Assembly (NCBI GenBank): GCA_964016885.1
Contig: OZ024740.1
Span: forward strand, 283,898,001 to 283,962,000
Direction: 5' to 3'
From: Eledone cirrhosa
Taxonomy: Eukaryota
Length of the DNA stretch: 64,000 nucleotides
The notes below the pieces were generated by a model, which worked only from the letters and a program-made list of their open reading frames with translations, ran no database searches and was not told the DNA's origin. Numbering within the stretch: position 1 is the first letter of the stretch; each line of letters starts with the position of its first letter. The position numbers were made by a program, and so were the translations under genes. Positions 16,141 to 28,892 of this stretch are shown here, one piece after another.

Positions 16141-16915
16141 CTGGTTGTTCAGCAATTAATGTAGGTTGTTAAACATTAATGTTAAAATGACATGTTTTAG
16201 TTTAGATTAAACTTTATTGATCAAAACCACGAGAATCTATACATTTTCACTAACAAGATACAAGTTTATTTATTCTGGTAAAACATAAAATTCTGAAGGC
16301 AATGAATTCTTTGAAGGAATTTTTTGCAGCTGTTTGGTTATTGAAAACTTTAGCTTGAAAAAAGGTATTTGGTTGGGCAAAGATCCAGTGAGTTTGCTGG
16401 ATAAGGTAGTTTTGTAGCCAACTTCAAAAACGTTGGTTGTGTGATTTGTGGTTGAGCATTGTCATTCACAACAGGGACCTCATACCCATCAACAAAAGTC
16501 GGAATGATGTATTGATAAATGTAACTGACCATGGTCATTGGAGCACTTTGGCTGCCTCATGCACCTCAGGTCGTAGGATTGTCAATGTCTAAGTAATTGT
16601 TATTCAAGAGAATTTAAATTTTCTATTGACCAATGCTGGACAAATATGCTACAATTTTTTAATGTATTTTATTGATTTCATGACAATACTTCTCTGCTCT
16701 GATTGTTTCGCCAGGATTCAGAAAGTGGATTAATCTAACTGTGGACCACCAAACAGTCACCAAAATCTTCTTTTGGTGCAGCTTTGTGGCTTTAGGAAGT
16801 GTTTAGATGTTTCATCTCAGTCCAAATACTGCACTGAACAGTGCTAGTTATTGTATACATCCACTTTTCATTATACTTCACAATGTGATCGAGAAATGTG
16901 TTGTTTTTGTTATGT
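16140..16915 (-). mobile_element. Old mariner transposase fossil (Hsmar1/cecropia-like)
   Basis: Degenerate FLDHIV..NEKW, KKILVTVWWST, FLNPGETI, NDNAQPQ and PYPANSLDLCPT (HPPYSPDL equivalent). Bounds approximate. Confidence 0.7.
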
Positions 16916-19900
16916 AAAAGAAGAAAAGATCAGACTACATATTAGTAATTTTTTCTGGTTGAAGATGTGCCAGAAGTTCCCAGTTGAGGAAAACCAAGGA
17001 AGACTTGGGTAGAAGTGATGAGAGCTGATCTCAAATCGCTGAAGCTCACCAAGAAGACAAAGGAATACAAGAGGTGGAAGGGAGCTGTGCTGGAAAAGTC
17101 CTGTCCAACCCATGCAAGCTTAGAAAACAGCATTTAAAAGGATGATGATATGATGTTTGGCGTTAATCTGTAATTTATGTATCTTCAATTTTTTTCTTTT
17201 GTTTAGAATTTCAAGATTAGTATTACTCTACAAATGCCATCAGATATATATATATATATACACACGCACATACATACATATATATATATCTTCAAAATAG
17301 GACAAAGACAATGGAAAAAACAGTGGAAAGATCACCTCAGTTAACTTCTGGACGTCATCTCAGTTAACTTCTGGAAGTCACTATGGTTTTGGTGCATTAA
17401 GGTTGACACTGTTCATTCCAGTGCACACTGGGATATAACAAAAGACAAGTTATGACTTTAATCAAATTACACAAATATAGAGTGTATAAGGGCTTAGTCA
17501 AAGGAGAAAATATATAGAAAGGAGGGAAGTAATAAAACAAGAGAATAATAAGGACTGTAGTCCCACACGCAGACAAAGAAGAAAGACACTGAGGTGTAGA
17601 AAAGGTAATATATATATATATCAGAAAGGGTGTGGTAAAATACCAGATGGACTATAACCCACCAGAGTACTCAATTGGGGTAGTAGAGTGGGTAATATGA
17701 AAAGATTCAGGATCCCGACGGCTGAGCTCCAGCCGTTTCGACAGCTAGCCATTAGGGTTCTGATTTTTCATATATATATATATATATATGTATATATATT
17801 TATAAATATGTATATATATATGTATATATATTTATAAATATGTATATATATATATATATGTGTATATATATATTTATATATATATATATTACTTTTATAA
17901 ATATAATTATGAGTTTGATTAAATACAAGAATATAAATACTGATTGATCTCTGTAAAAATGTACATCACCTGATTGTCATTGTTTCCCATGCAAACCAGA
18001 TTGGTAGCAATAAGCCTTAGTTTCAATTAATCTTATTGATGAATTGACTTTTATCTTCATTCTTCACCACCCACTGGAACTGTAATATTTTTCCAATTGG
18101 CTAAACCTAATTTTTTTTTTTTTAATCTAAAAGCTACTATTAACTCTTAACAATTGGTATGGACTACATGAAATAATAGTAGCGAGATGTTCTTGAAGAA
18201 AAGCACAAAACCACACTATCACTGCATTACATGAAAAATTCAATGCTTTACTTTGATATTGCACACTTTCACAATGATCTGCCCACTGGTAAAGATACTT
18301 TTAGCATTTTAGTTAACCCGTTTTAAGACATTTTCTGCTAAATCATTGCATGTAATTAACAGCAATACTTTTTGGCATTGCCTCACAGCCAAAGAGATGT
18401 TAACGGATTCCTTATTGATGCTCAGTCTCTTCACTTTGATATGTAAGAGACTTAAAGAATACTTGAGAAATACTCAGCGTTACCCTGGAAATAAAGCACT
18501 AAGTTGATGGCTAATTTGTTGAATGAGAATCATGGTAATTTTGCCTGAATTTATCTTATTAGTTTATATTATTTTGTGCATTTCTACATGCCATTTCAGT
18601 TGCAGTAGAAATGTGAGCCAGAGGTTAGCGCGTGTCTGTCAGTGACTTCATGCCAATCAGACGAGTGATTGTTCTTCTGGATATGGTGTAGGATGTGTGT
18701 AGCAGCATCACCGTCCCAGATGTGGGAGCACTAGTCCATTGTGAGTTTTACCCCCTTGCTAGCTAGGAAAGCGGACATTAAAACGATGATGATGATTATT
18801 TTTCTGACTCTGAAGAAAAGGGCGAATCTGTTAGGTGCAATTCTAGCTATGATTAGGACATGTGGTTAACCTTTGGAAGAGTGAGTCATTTTCTTCCTGA
18901 GCAATACCTGTTAATCTACTATAAAAGGAAATAATGCATGCACACACACACATATATATATGCAAAAGGCAAACAAATAACAAAGCAAAAGACTCAGTAC
19001 AATGAGGAAATATATTAATTTTTCTTCATTATACTGTAATACTGTGTCGTTTGCTTTATTATTTCTGTTTGCCTCTTGCATACATATATATATGTGTATG
19101 TGTATGATTTTCCTTTTATTGTAGATTAGCAGTGGTAACTGACGTTGCTCAGGGAAAAACATGAATAAGAATGAGGTATAAAAATGTTTATTCATGTGTG
19201 ACACACGTTTCGTGATCGGCCAGCTCAAGGTACAATGAGTAACGATCATGCTTGATCTGATAACTCTCTCTCTGTCTTATATATATATATATATATACAC
19301 ACACACATAAAGTAAGCAGGCACGAATTCTCAAGGTTGCATCATATACAAACTTTATTCACATATGAAAATACAATATTGATTAAACCGCCTGTAACTAT
19401 CGTTACACACCTACCTACTATTTATATGATAACTGTCACTTCTTTACAGAAGACGCCCATCTCTTCAATAAATTCTCTATTATAAATCACCGCCAACTGC
19501 AGGCTAGTTTGATGACTGAACAGGCTTTGTTTAGATCACCTTTTCTAGACCCTACCCATGTAGTATGGGTGAGCAGTGCGTTCTCAAAAAGGGCTGCTCA
19601 GATACTCAAGACTCCGTCAAAGCATGTTGATGTTCAGGTTAACAGTGCAGTGACATTAGGGTTAAGACTTGAGCTGCTCACGTATGAGTCTGCACACATT
19701 GCCACTCCACCACCACTGTGGGACTTGTGAAGAAATATAGATGGCAATGTTACATGCTTGTGCTATAGACATAGCACCCACTCCTTCCTTGCAGCTATGT
19801 GTCCAGTGACAAGCCAAAGCAAGATAACAGGACAGCTACGAGGATCGCATGTGTTATTGTCAAGGAGTTGAACTTCTCCAGTGGGTGCAGCCATACTAAT

Positions 19901-21179
19901 CATGCTTGGCCAATTGCAGGTTGGTGAGGCTATTTAACCCATAGTTGGAGTGGATGGCTGTTGACTCTGTGAAGTTCATTCATCTTTTGATAGCTTGTTT
20001 TTGTACTGCTGGGTTTCCACTTACTCTCTTCGCCAGACCAGGGTCTGGTGGAGAAGTTGGTTTAGTCACTGACCACCTGAGCATGAAACGGGTTGTACTG
20101 GGCTACATGGTACCAGCAGCAGGTAGAGACAATAATATATATGACAATAATATATATAATATATATGAGTATTATTGACGGATGGGAAAAAAAAGTACTC
20201 AATACCGAAGTAGAGTTTAAATATTCATTTAATATGGGCAAGCAGTGAGCCTTGTTACTCTGGAGTTTCACCTATGCATTCGCAGGGTGCAGAACTTGAA
20301 AGCTGAAACTGCTTGGCACTGCCGTCGGGACTTTACATATCTCTATACCCACTCTGCATCTCCCCATGCATTGAGTATTCCCATTATTAGTGGTCTCTTT
20401 GGTCTCAGCATTGCTGACTCTTTTTCTCTCTCTTTCTCTCTCAAATGGCCACGTAGATTCTTTTCCGACAAATCCCTAATTTCCCTCGGAACCCCCGATA
20501 ATAGGTGTGAAATTCAAAATATAAGGACTAATAAATCAAGGTAACTAATAAAACCAAGGTAACTTGATCTCTGGTTTTCGTTTCTTTTTACATTTCTCTT
20601 CCTCTTCATACTGCCATCTGATTTTCTTACCCGGGATTTATCCATCTGCATTGTAAAGGCTTCCAAATTTACCATTTTCTATATATAATATTGAAATATA
20701 TTCCTAACCCTTTGGCAACGAACAATTTCCATGCATACACACTCACAAAATGGTAAATTTTAAAAACTAAGATAACGAAAGGTTACTTGGGCTCGCTCAT
20801 GTACATTCTGTGTACTCACGGTTCCAAATAATAGGTCGTCACCATTGAATTTTTTAAAGACCAGAATTAGTCGAGACCCCAACCCATCCTATTTATTTTA
20901 TAACGTATGGGATTTCTAGTAATGTACTTTTTTTGTCATGTATAATGTTTTTTAATGTATAAAGAAAATTAATTATCGCAGGAATGCTACCACTTTAAAT
21001 AAAATTTCGCTGGAGATAGATTAGTAAAATTATATAAGCAGAGAAATGGGGTGGAAAAAATCTGAAAAATTTATAAGCGTGGAGGGACATTTATTCAAGA
21101 CCTGAGAGTACGTGTTAGAGTATGGACGTCTTTAAAGTTACGTTGAATTGTTTTCCTTTGTTCACACTCTTCTGTTAAT

Positions 21180-21518
21180 AATTGTTTCTACTTTTGGTAC
21201 AAGGCCAGCAATTATCCCAGTGTATTACTGGTACTTTATTTTATCGACCCCCGTAAGGATGAAAGGCAAAGTTAACCTCGGTGGGATTTGAACTCAGACC
21301 ATAAAGGGCCGTAACTCTTTTCTGCAAAGCATGGCGTCCGATCCTCTACCGATACTGCCAATCCACCACTTTTCTGTTAATAATTGTTTCTACTTTAGGC
21401 ACAAGGCCAGCAATTACCCAGTGCATTACTGGTACTTTATTTTATCGACCCCGTAAGGATGAAAGGCAAAGTTAACCTCGGCGGGATTTGAACTCAGATC
21501 GTAAAGGGACGTAACTAT
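21180..21518 (-). mobile_element. Two tandem copies of the same tRNA-derived SINE
   Basis: Reverse complements of 32914-33100; the second copy is 5'-truncated. Further copies at 22772-22946 (-), 58016-58238 (+), 1-85 (+, partial) and about 53650-53890 (-, old). Confidence 0.88.
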
Positions 21519-23228
21519 GGTAGAAAGTGTTAATAATGTGTAGCAAGACAAACCAGAAGTAAACAAAACGAAATTGAAAGTGAATATTTTTCTTTCTGTT
21601 TATTACTTCGTTCAATCCATACATTTTCATATATGCATTCATTATTATTGATAATTTGTGTTGTATTGATTTTAAAGTGGATTCTTTGAGTGTAGACTAT
21701 TGATTAAGATTTTGGAACGAATTGACCCTAAATACATTTAATTGATGTAACTCATTTTTTGTGGTAACGAATGAGGTTCTGGAATGAATTAAATTTGTTA
21801 TCAAAGGATCGATCGTTTATTTATGTGTGTGTGTGTGTGAAAAATATGTGTTATCCTTCAAAAATGCGGAGAGGAATCGATAAAATGATATTAGTCAAAT
21901 GCCGGATTCCATTAAATTGACTACAAACCTCCCATGTGTAACCTTACTATTTTCATTAACAAAAATCACGAAATACACTATCTGTTATGCAAGAACGAAT
22001 TAAAAAAAATACATATAAAATATATTTTGACCTTCATATTAATTATATGTTATGATAATGTCTTATTGATATAATGAGATCGAAGATATTAAATATATGC
22101 ACGATCAAATCAATAAGATAAATTTCAAACCTGATTGCTCAGACCTATTATCATAAGCGTTCTAGCTTTGATCATCCTGTGTATATGTTTGTATGCAATG
22201 TGCCTGCTTTTGTATGTATTTGTCCATACAAATGTGCTTGTTGCTACATGTTTGTTTGTTTCATATTATGTATGTATTGTTTAGATGTGTGTATATGTGT
22301 GTTTTATTGTCGTCATATGTTTTGAATATATGTTTGTGGGCGTTCATACTTTGGTGTGTGTTTTTGTTATGTATCTTTGTGCATGCAGGCATTTCTCTCT
22401 ATTGTCTCTATTCCATTAAAGGCTTGCAAATGACTTCTGAATGATTTACAAGAATAAATAATCTTTGCTTTTCAGGGTCCTAGTCCCACAAATGCTGAAA
22501 GTTGTTTAAGAAACATTTTTGTGGTACAGTAGAATGTTTTTACTAAAAATAAAGAACACAAAAACAAATACAAGCATACAATGTTAGTATTGTATAGATA
22601 TAGTGATGTTTTGTTTGCCTACTTTCTTATTTTTATTCAATATAATAAATGGTGTAGTCATGTCAGTCACTCTTCTACTGGTGACAAGCAGGCATTTAAC
22701 CCATTACCCCATGGACAATGTAACCTTACTAAACTCAAACGCCCTCTCCGCCAAAAAAAAACACAAAACAAATGTTTCTATTTTAGGAACAAGGCCAGCA
22801 ATCATCCAGTACATTACTGGTACTTTATTTTATCGACCCCGTAAGGATGAAAGGCAAAGTTAACCTCGGCAGGATTTGAACTCAGATCGTAAAGGGACGT
22901 AACTATGCTGGAAAGCATGTCCGACCCTCTACCGATACTGCCAATTCAAATAATGATATGGTGGCTAACGTCAAGAGCTGCTGCAAGAGCAAAAACCATT
23001 TGAATCTACCATTAATTTACAAACATCTTGAAAAGGTTGATACATTTACATATCTAGGTAAGCTTATATTACTCTACACGAGGGTGATGTTGCTGAAGAA
23101 TTAACTGCAACAATTGAAATTGCTGTCACATTGCTGAAGGTGACAATATATTAATTTGATGATTTAAGCCATTAAGTTTAATGAAGCAGTATACCCTATA
23201 TTGTTTGCTATGCTTCTGAGTTAGAACA

Positions 23229-24115
23229 TCTATATATATAAAACTGAGGATGTCTGTCTGTGTGTGTGTGTGAGTTCGAATCCCTAAAACTCGAGAACCA
23301 CCCAACCGACTCTTTTCAAACTTTGCACGTGTAATATTTATGTTTCAGTGAGTGTTCTGAGCAAAGAAAATTTCAAATTTTCTATGCCCCAGGGACCACA
23401 TTAGGCGATTTAGCGATCTCGCTCTATAATTCTTAGTCTTTCTCTTTTTAGATAGATACATACTTATAACGTCGCGCCCTTATAATATCTGTCTGTAAGA
23501 CTGACTGTCTGCATTACGTCACTTCCTTGAGGAAAACTGAGGATGTCTGTCTGTGTGTGTGTTTGAATCCCTAAAACTCGAGAAGTACCCAACCGATTTT
23601 TTTCAAACTTTACATGTGTATTACTTGTTTCTATGCACATTAAAAAAATCAACTTTTTTTTATCTCCTACAACTGCGTTGTATAACACTTTTAGGGGTTT
23701 TTGGAGGCGTTACGTCAGACCGATTTCCTTGAAAATGTAACTATGTATTAGTCAGTCTCTTCATACCGTGAGCAAAGAAAATCCAACTTTCTTATGGCCT
23801 AGGCATTAGGTGAAAAACTTAATTTTTTCAGCTTCTTAGGGCTTTTTGGAGGCGTTACGTCTAGCCGATTTCCCCCGAAATTTCAAGGCATATTATGCAC
23901 ATTAAAAAAATTCATTTTTTTTATCCCCTAGGGCCCGCGTTAGGTGAAAACCTGCATTTTTCCTGCTTCATCGAGGAAAATCTTAAAGATTATCCAGCCA
24001 TCAGAGTATTCGGTTTATTTTCTTTACATATTGTCCAGGCATGCAGTTTTTAGGTCTATAGGCGGCCCGCGTTCCAAAATACCTTATCCCGTGCAACGGC
24101 GGGTACCACTGCTAG
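23229..24115 (+). mobile_element. Non-autonomous Helitron
   Basis: 5' TCTATATATATAAAA with (TG)n. 3' hairpin CCCGTGCAACGGCGGG followed by ..CTAG. Internal duplication of the 5' block at about 23533-23620. Confidence 0.82.
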
Positions 24116-25650
24116 ATGCTTATATATGTGACAGAAACACTAAGTGAGCCTTTTTGTAATTGGAAAGAGAACTATTGCGTTAGCTGAACCATAAGCTCCA
24201 TATTATTGCTGACCTGAGGTATCATTTGTAATTACAGCTTCTAATTTGAAGAAATAATAATAATAAAATAAAATAACACCATGGTAGTCAAGCAATAACT
24301 GCTAGACTTGTTCATCTTTTATCATGTTGCCTCTCATGGTTTATTCTAATAGTCAACTGTACACCTTCCTTGCGCTAATATTCTTTTTTGTTTTCTCCTT
24401 CCTTCCTTGAAATATTACCATAATAGAAAGAATAATTGCATACTCTCATCTTTGAATAATCGTCCTCCCCACCTGCTAGCATTCCTGCAGCAATTAATTT
24501 TCTGTAGACAATAAAAAAACATTATACATGACAAAAAAGTACATTACAAGAAATCCCATACATTATAAAATGACTAATTCTGCTTTTTGAAAAAAATCAA
24601 CGGAGACAACCTAGAGAAATGACCGATTTCCTCGTTTATTCCACCCCACTCCCATTATTTTCCCGAGAGTAATCAACTTTATCAAATGTGATATTCATCT
24701 ACAAAATTAAATGGTTCGCTCTTCTATTGTCTTTGATGATCTTTGTGTATCTCAGGCTACTCTTACTTGGTTTGTGACATCTCTACCTCTATTTTTATGT
24801 ATTCACACTTACACCTGGTTTAGATGCTGCTAACTCTACATGCAGGGCTGAGTTAACCATTAAGCACCTGCTCAGAACATCAAAGGAAGGGGGTTGCCAT
24901 TTTATTCATTCCCCCAAAACTATTTTGCAGACTTTATATATAGGGTGCAACATAATCATTTAAGTGCTTAGGGCTGAAAAGGATTTAACCTGCCTTTGTC
25001 TACATATATTCATGCATATTCCTATTATCCATGCCGAGCTCTAAAACCTGAAGTATACAGAGCAATGGCATCAAGAAAGATATACACATGTGTACCTGTA
25101 TTATACAGAAAAATTATATCGAAATATATGTACATATGTATGATTACAACTCTCTTGACATTTTAGATAAAATGTGTGTATATATATATATTTATTTATG
25201 TATGTGTGTGTATGTTTGTACATATCCATACACGCCATTTATCAGTTATGAACAATTATGCATATATAGACATGCATTTATCTCTATTACCCACTTCTTA
25301 AACAAACTATATGAAAGAACATAAAATAAAATAAAAAAAAGAAGATATGTATGTGTATGTAACATATAAACTTTGTGCAGACAGGTAGGAGGTGGTGTTT
25401 AGTTATGTATGTATACATGTTAGAAAAAGTTGCATACAAATATGGAAATGTGTATTTGTGTTTATATATGTATGTGGGCACATCTACATTTATGCAAATA
25501 GGTTACAGGGTATGTGAATTTTTAGAATATAGTAATACAATATATACAAGGAGGGGTGTATGTACACATACCTGTGCAAGTCTAGTTGTATGTATGTGTA
25601 TGAGGATACGTGTGTATGAGTTCATCATTACATACCTGTCTGTACACCTA

Positions 25651-26587
25651 CAAGGTGGTATCAAAACGTTCCCAAACTAGTTATGTTTAAAGAAAAACTA
25701 ATATATTTACCTAAGTTTTAACATCATCTCCTTCAAAATACTCACCTTTCGCAACAATACGCTGGTCCCAGCATTCCTGCCACTTTTGGAATCTGGCCTG
25801 AATTCTCGATGCACAATACTGCAGTTGTCGAAAAAAGACAACGAGCATGCTCTTGATTGAGCTGCGGCTCTGTCGTGCCTTCTTCGGTTGTGGAGATGAA
25901 GGGCTTTTCCACTGTGTTGACTGCTGCTTTGTCTCGGGGTCATACCCGTAGACCCAACTCTTGTCACCGGAGATAATCCCCAAATGAAGAATGGGTCATC
26001 AGCACCACGCTGACAGAGATCTTGACAGACTTCGATGCGATGTTCTTTCTGCTCAGTGGTCAGTAGGTGGGGCACAAACTTGGCAGCGACATGCCGCATG
26101 TTTAATTCAGACATTAGGATTGCTTGCACAGACATATACGACAGACCAACAACATTAGCAATATGGTTGATTGTCCTCCGACGATTCTCATGCACAAGCT
26201 GATTAATTTTCTCCACATTTCTAGGAGTGTCGCTTGTCATCTTCCAGGGATGTTCTTTTGCTTTCGAAGCACCCATGTCATTTGAAACACTGCGTACAAC
26301 CCATTGCCGAAGTATGTTCAATATCTCTGTAGCAGACTTCCCAAGTTGGATGCAAAATTTCATGTTGGCTCTTTATTCCAACTTCCTGTTCATGACAAAT
26401 TCGCAGACTACAGCATTCACGTGATCACAAACACACAAATTTCACAACTTGCAAAGTGAACACAGTAATGTAACTTGGCACACTGGTGCATGAAGGTCAC
26501 TGCTAGCTCTCACTGAGCACGCAACCATGTGTTGCCATCTTTTGGCGCACTACAGAACTAGTCCGGAAACTTTTTGATACCACCTCG
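25651..26587 (-). mobile_element. Mariner (DD34D-type) element, internally deleted
   Basis: TIR-like ends CAAGGTGGTATCAAAA / TTTTTGATACCACCTCG. Motifs MKFCIQLGKSATE, KFVPHLLT, GDKSWVYGYDPETKQQS and C-terminal FQKWQECWDQRIVAKGEYFEGD. Catalytic middle missing. Confidence 0.88.
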
Positions 26588-27116
26588 GTTGCGTTGGTAT
26601 GGACATGTGATGCATATGAAGGATGACAGCTGCATAAAAAGGTGCAGAGCACTAGAAGTCATTGGAAACCGCGGAGTGAGGAGACCCAAGAAGACCTGGG
26701 ATGAGGTGATAAAAGCCGACCTTACTCAATTACACCTCTCAAAGGCGATGACACACGACCGTGACCTCTGGCGTCACGCAGTAATACAGAGTACCCGATC
26801 TCCCATGGGTACAAGCTGAAGCATATAGACAATATGCTCCCACACCCTCCCACTGCAAAGTGGTCGTGGAGGTGCCACGGCAAAAAAGCACCCAGCCCAC
26901 ACTGTAAAGTGGACGTGTAGGCACCACGGAAAAAAGCACCCAGCACTCACTGTAAATGAGGTTGGTGTTAGGAAGTGTATCCAGCTGTAGAAATCAAGCC
27001 AAAATCAGTTCCTCTATGAGCAAGGCATGGTCAGCCGACCAGACACTGCCCACAACAGGACAACCCATCTAACCCATGCTAGCATGGAAGAACGGACGTA
27101 AAACAGTGATGATGAT
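26586..27116 (+). mobile_element. 5'-truncated RTE LINE, same family as 58803-62608
   Basis: Near-identical to 62067-62608 (RLRWYGHVM...RPKKTW, 3' UTR, GAT tail). Fused directly to the mariner TIR with CG(G) microhomology. Confidence 0.9.
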
Positions 27117-27210
27117 ATATATGTAGAAGGTGAGTAATATTGTAGAACAATAAAACTATGCATATATCAGATAAGTAGCACTCAACAGTTGGTAAAACTG
27201 GAGTATATAT

Positions 27211-27520
27211 TAAAGAATAAATTAAAAGATGGTTAAAAAGTTCCATATATTTTACTATGCGCATTTTGAAAACATCATCCTGGGACAAAAATTGTGTTCT
27301 CATCAGATAAAATAAGGTGACATGATATGAGGCCTAAAAACACTTGTCAACAAGAAAGTGTAGACTGGACACTTTCTTGGTGACAAGTATTTTTAGGCCT
27401 CATATGTTACCTTATTTTATCTGATGAGAACACAATTTTTGTCCCAGGATTATGTTGTTTTCGAAATGCGCATAATAAAATATATGAAACTTTTTTAACC
27501 ATCTTTTAATTTCTTCTTTA
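27211..27520. mobile_element. About 310-bp palindrome, inverted Penelope-like pseudo-LTR pair
   Basis: Arms of about 150 bp fold about AAGAAAGTGT-agactgg-ACACTTTCTT, each arm contains the hammerhead fold, and the ends abut (TA)n. Confidence 0.7.
27413..27482 (+). ncRNA. Type I hammerhead ribozyme motif (Penelope-type, minimal palindromic stem III)
   Basis: TATTTTAT-CTGATGA-G...C-GAAA-TGCGCA-TA-ATAAAATA: perfect 8-bp stem I, intact core, self-complementary ATGCGCAT helix III, predicted cleavage after 27474. Stem II is imperfect. Confidence 0.8.
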
Positions 27521-27539
27521 TATATATATATATATACAA

Positions 27540-27995
27540 ATGTCACTGGACCGAGACCTTTGGCGGTACTCAGTAACAGAGAAGACCCGCCTTACCTAAA
27601 TATATAGTAAAACCTACTCCAGCCAGTAGGCATCTCTAACAAAATACACCCCGTCCCACCACCACCACCCCCACCCCATCCACACCACCCCGTTCTATGT
27701 AAAGTTATGTTGGTGCCGCGCCATCGAGGCCGAAACAAATGAGATCGTGTAGGTGTCACGACAAAAAAACACACAGTCCACGCTGTAATGTGGCCGTGTA
27801 GGCAACACGGTAAAAACCTCCCAGACCCACACTGTAAATGTGGTTGGTGTTAGGAAGGGCATCCAACTGTAGAAAACCTGCCAGACAGTCCTATGCGAGC
27901 AAGACAATCACTCTTGCCTCAAGTGGGACTACCCCCGTCCAAACCCATGCAAGCGTGGAACACGGACGTTAAACGTTGATGATGATGATGATGAT
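27540..27995 (+). mobile_element. RTE ORF end plus 3' UTR (young family)
   Basis: Encodes DRDLWRYSVTEKTRLT* followed by the same UTR as 9597-9999 and a (GAT)n tail. Confidence 0.85.
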
Positions 27996-28001
27996 GACAT
28001 A

Positions 28002-28892
28002 CAGGGTGCGGACGATATTTGTTCACAATTTTCAACTGCTAATTTTATGCAAATTTTTTTTACTTCCGTTGTCACTCTTGTCTCCCTAAAAACAGTGACT
28101 ATATTTCCATTATTTATTTTCAGAATAATTGATTATTAATAATTTTGAACCTCCAAATTTGTGGAAGAGACATGGAGTTCTTCTTGGAATCCGCGCGAGG
28201 AGAACAAATAAGACCAGAAGATCAACTCCCAGAACAACAGATGGCTCGCTGTCTCATCCAAAGACGTGCCCAGAGTCATGCAGACAAAGTTTCCAGCGAC
28301 AACATTGGTCTTAGGTGTCGTCAGCAGTCAAGTTGACGTCATGCCACTTCACTGCTTCCCTGAGGGCCTCAAAATGAACACCGATGGCTACATCCGCGTT
28401 CTGAGTAAGGTAGTAAAGCCCTGGATCGACCAGGTAGCTGCAGGTAGGCCGTACGTGTGGCAGCAAGACTCAGCGCCCTGCCATACCAGTCAAAAGACCC
28501 AAGCCTGGCTGTCAGAGAACTTCGTCGACCACACTTCACCTGACATCTGGCCTCCCAGCTCGCCTGACTGCAAACCCTCGACTTCTTTGTATGGGGCGCA
28601 GTGGAATGAGACACCAACAGATCTAGCTGCAATACGAAAGATGATCTGAAGGCCAGAATCACAAGTGCCTTTAGGGGCCTAAGTCGGGGGACAGTGACGA
28701 AGGCCTGTAGCCGGTTCCGAGGCCGCCTTGAGGCCGTCATCAAAGCCAATGACGGGTTTATTGAGTGAGATCGAAAGAACAAGTCATGAAGACAAACTGA
28801 CCCAAATTTGATAAATATATCTTAAAAAATAAAACTACAGTGTTATTTTTTCCCAGACAGTAATCTTGCGAACAAATACCGTCCGCACCCTG
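28002..28892 (+). mobile_element. Tc1/mariner DD37D (maT-type) transposon, internally deleted copy 2
   Basis: Same TIRs and TA flanks as 1092-2308. QQD-SAPCH...WPPSSPDCKP(L)D gives 37 residues between D2 and D3 after repairing a 1-nt frameshift. About 0.4 kb deleted near 28213. Confidence 0.92.

Noticed and set aside
19490-20125. GC-richer block as a possible additional exon
   Set aside because: No arrestin similarity, and exons 1 and 2 already join in frame. Probably an unidentified TE fragment.
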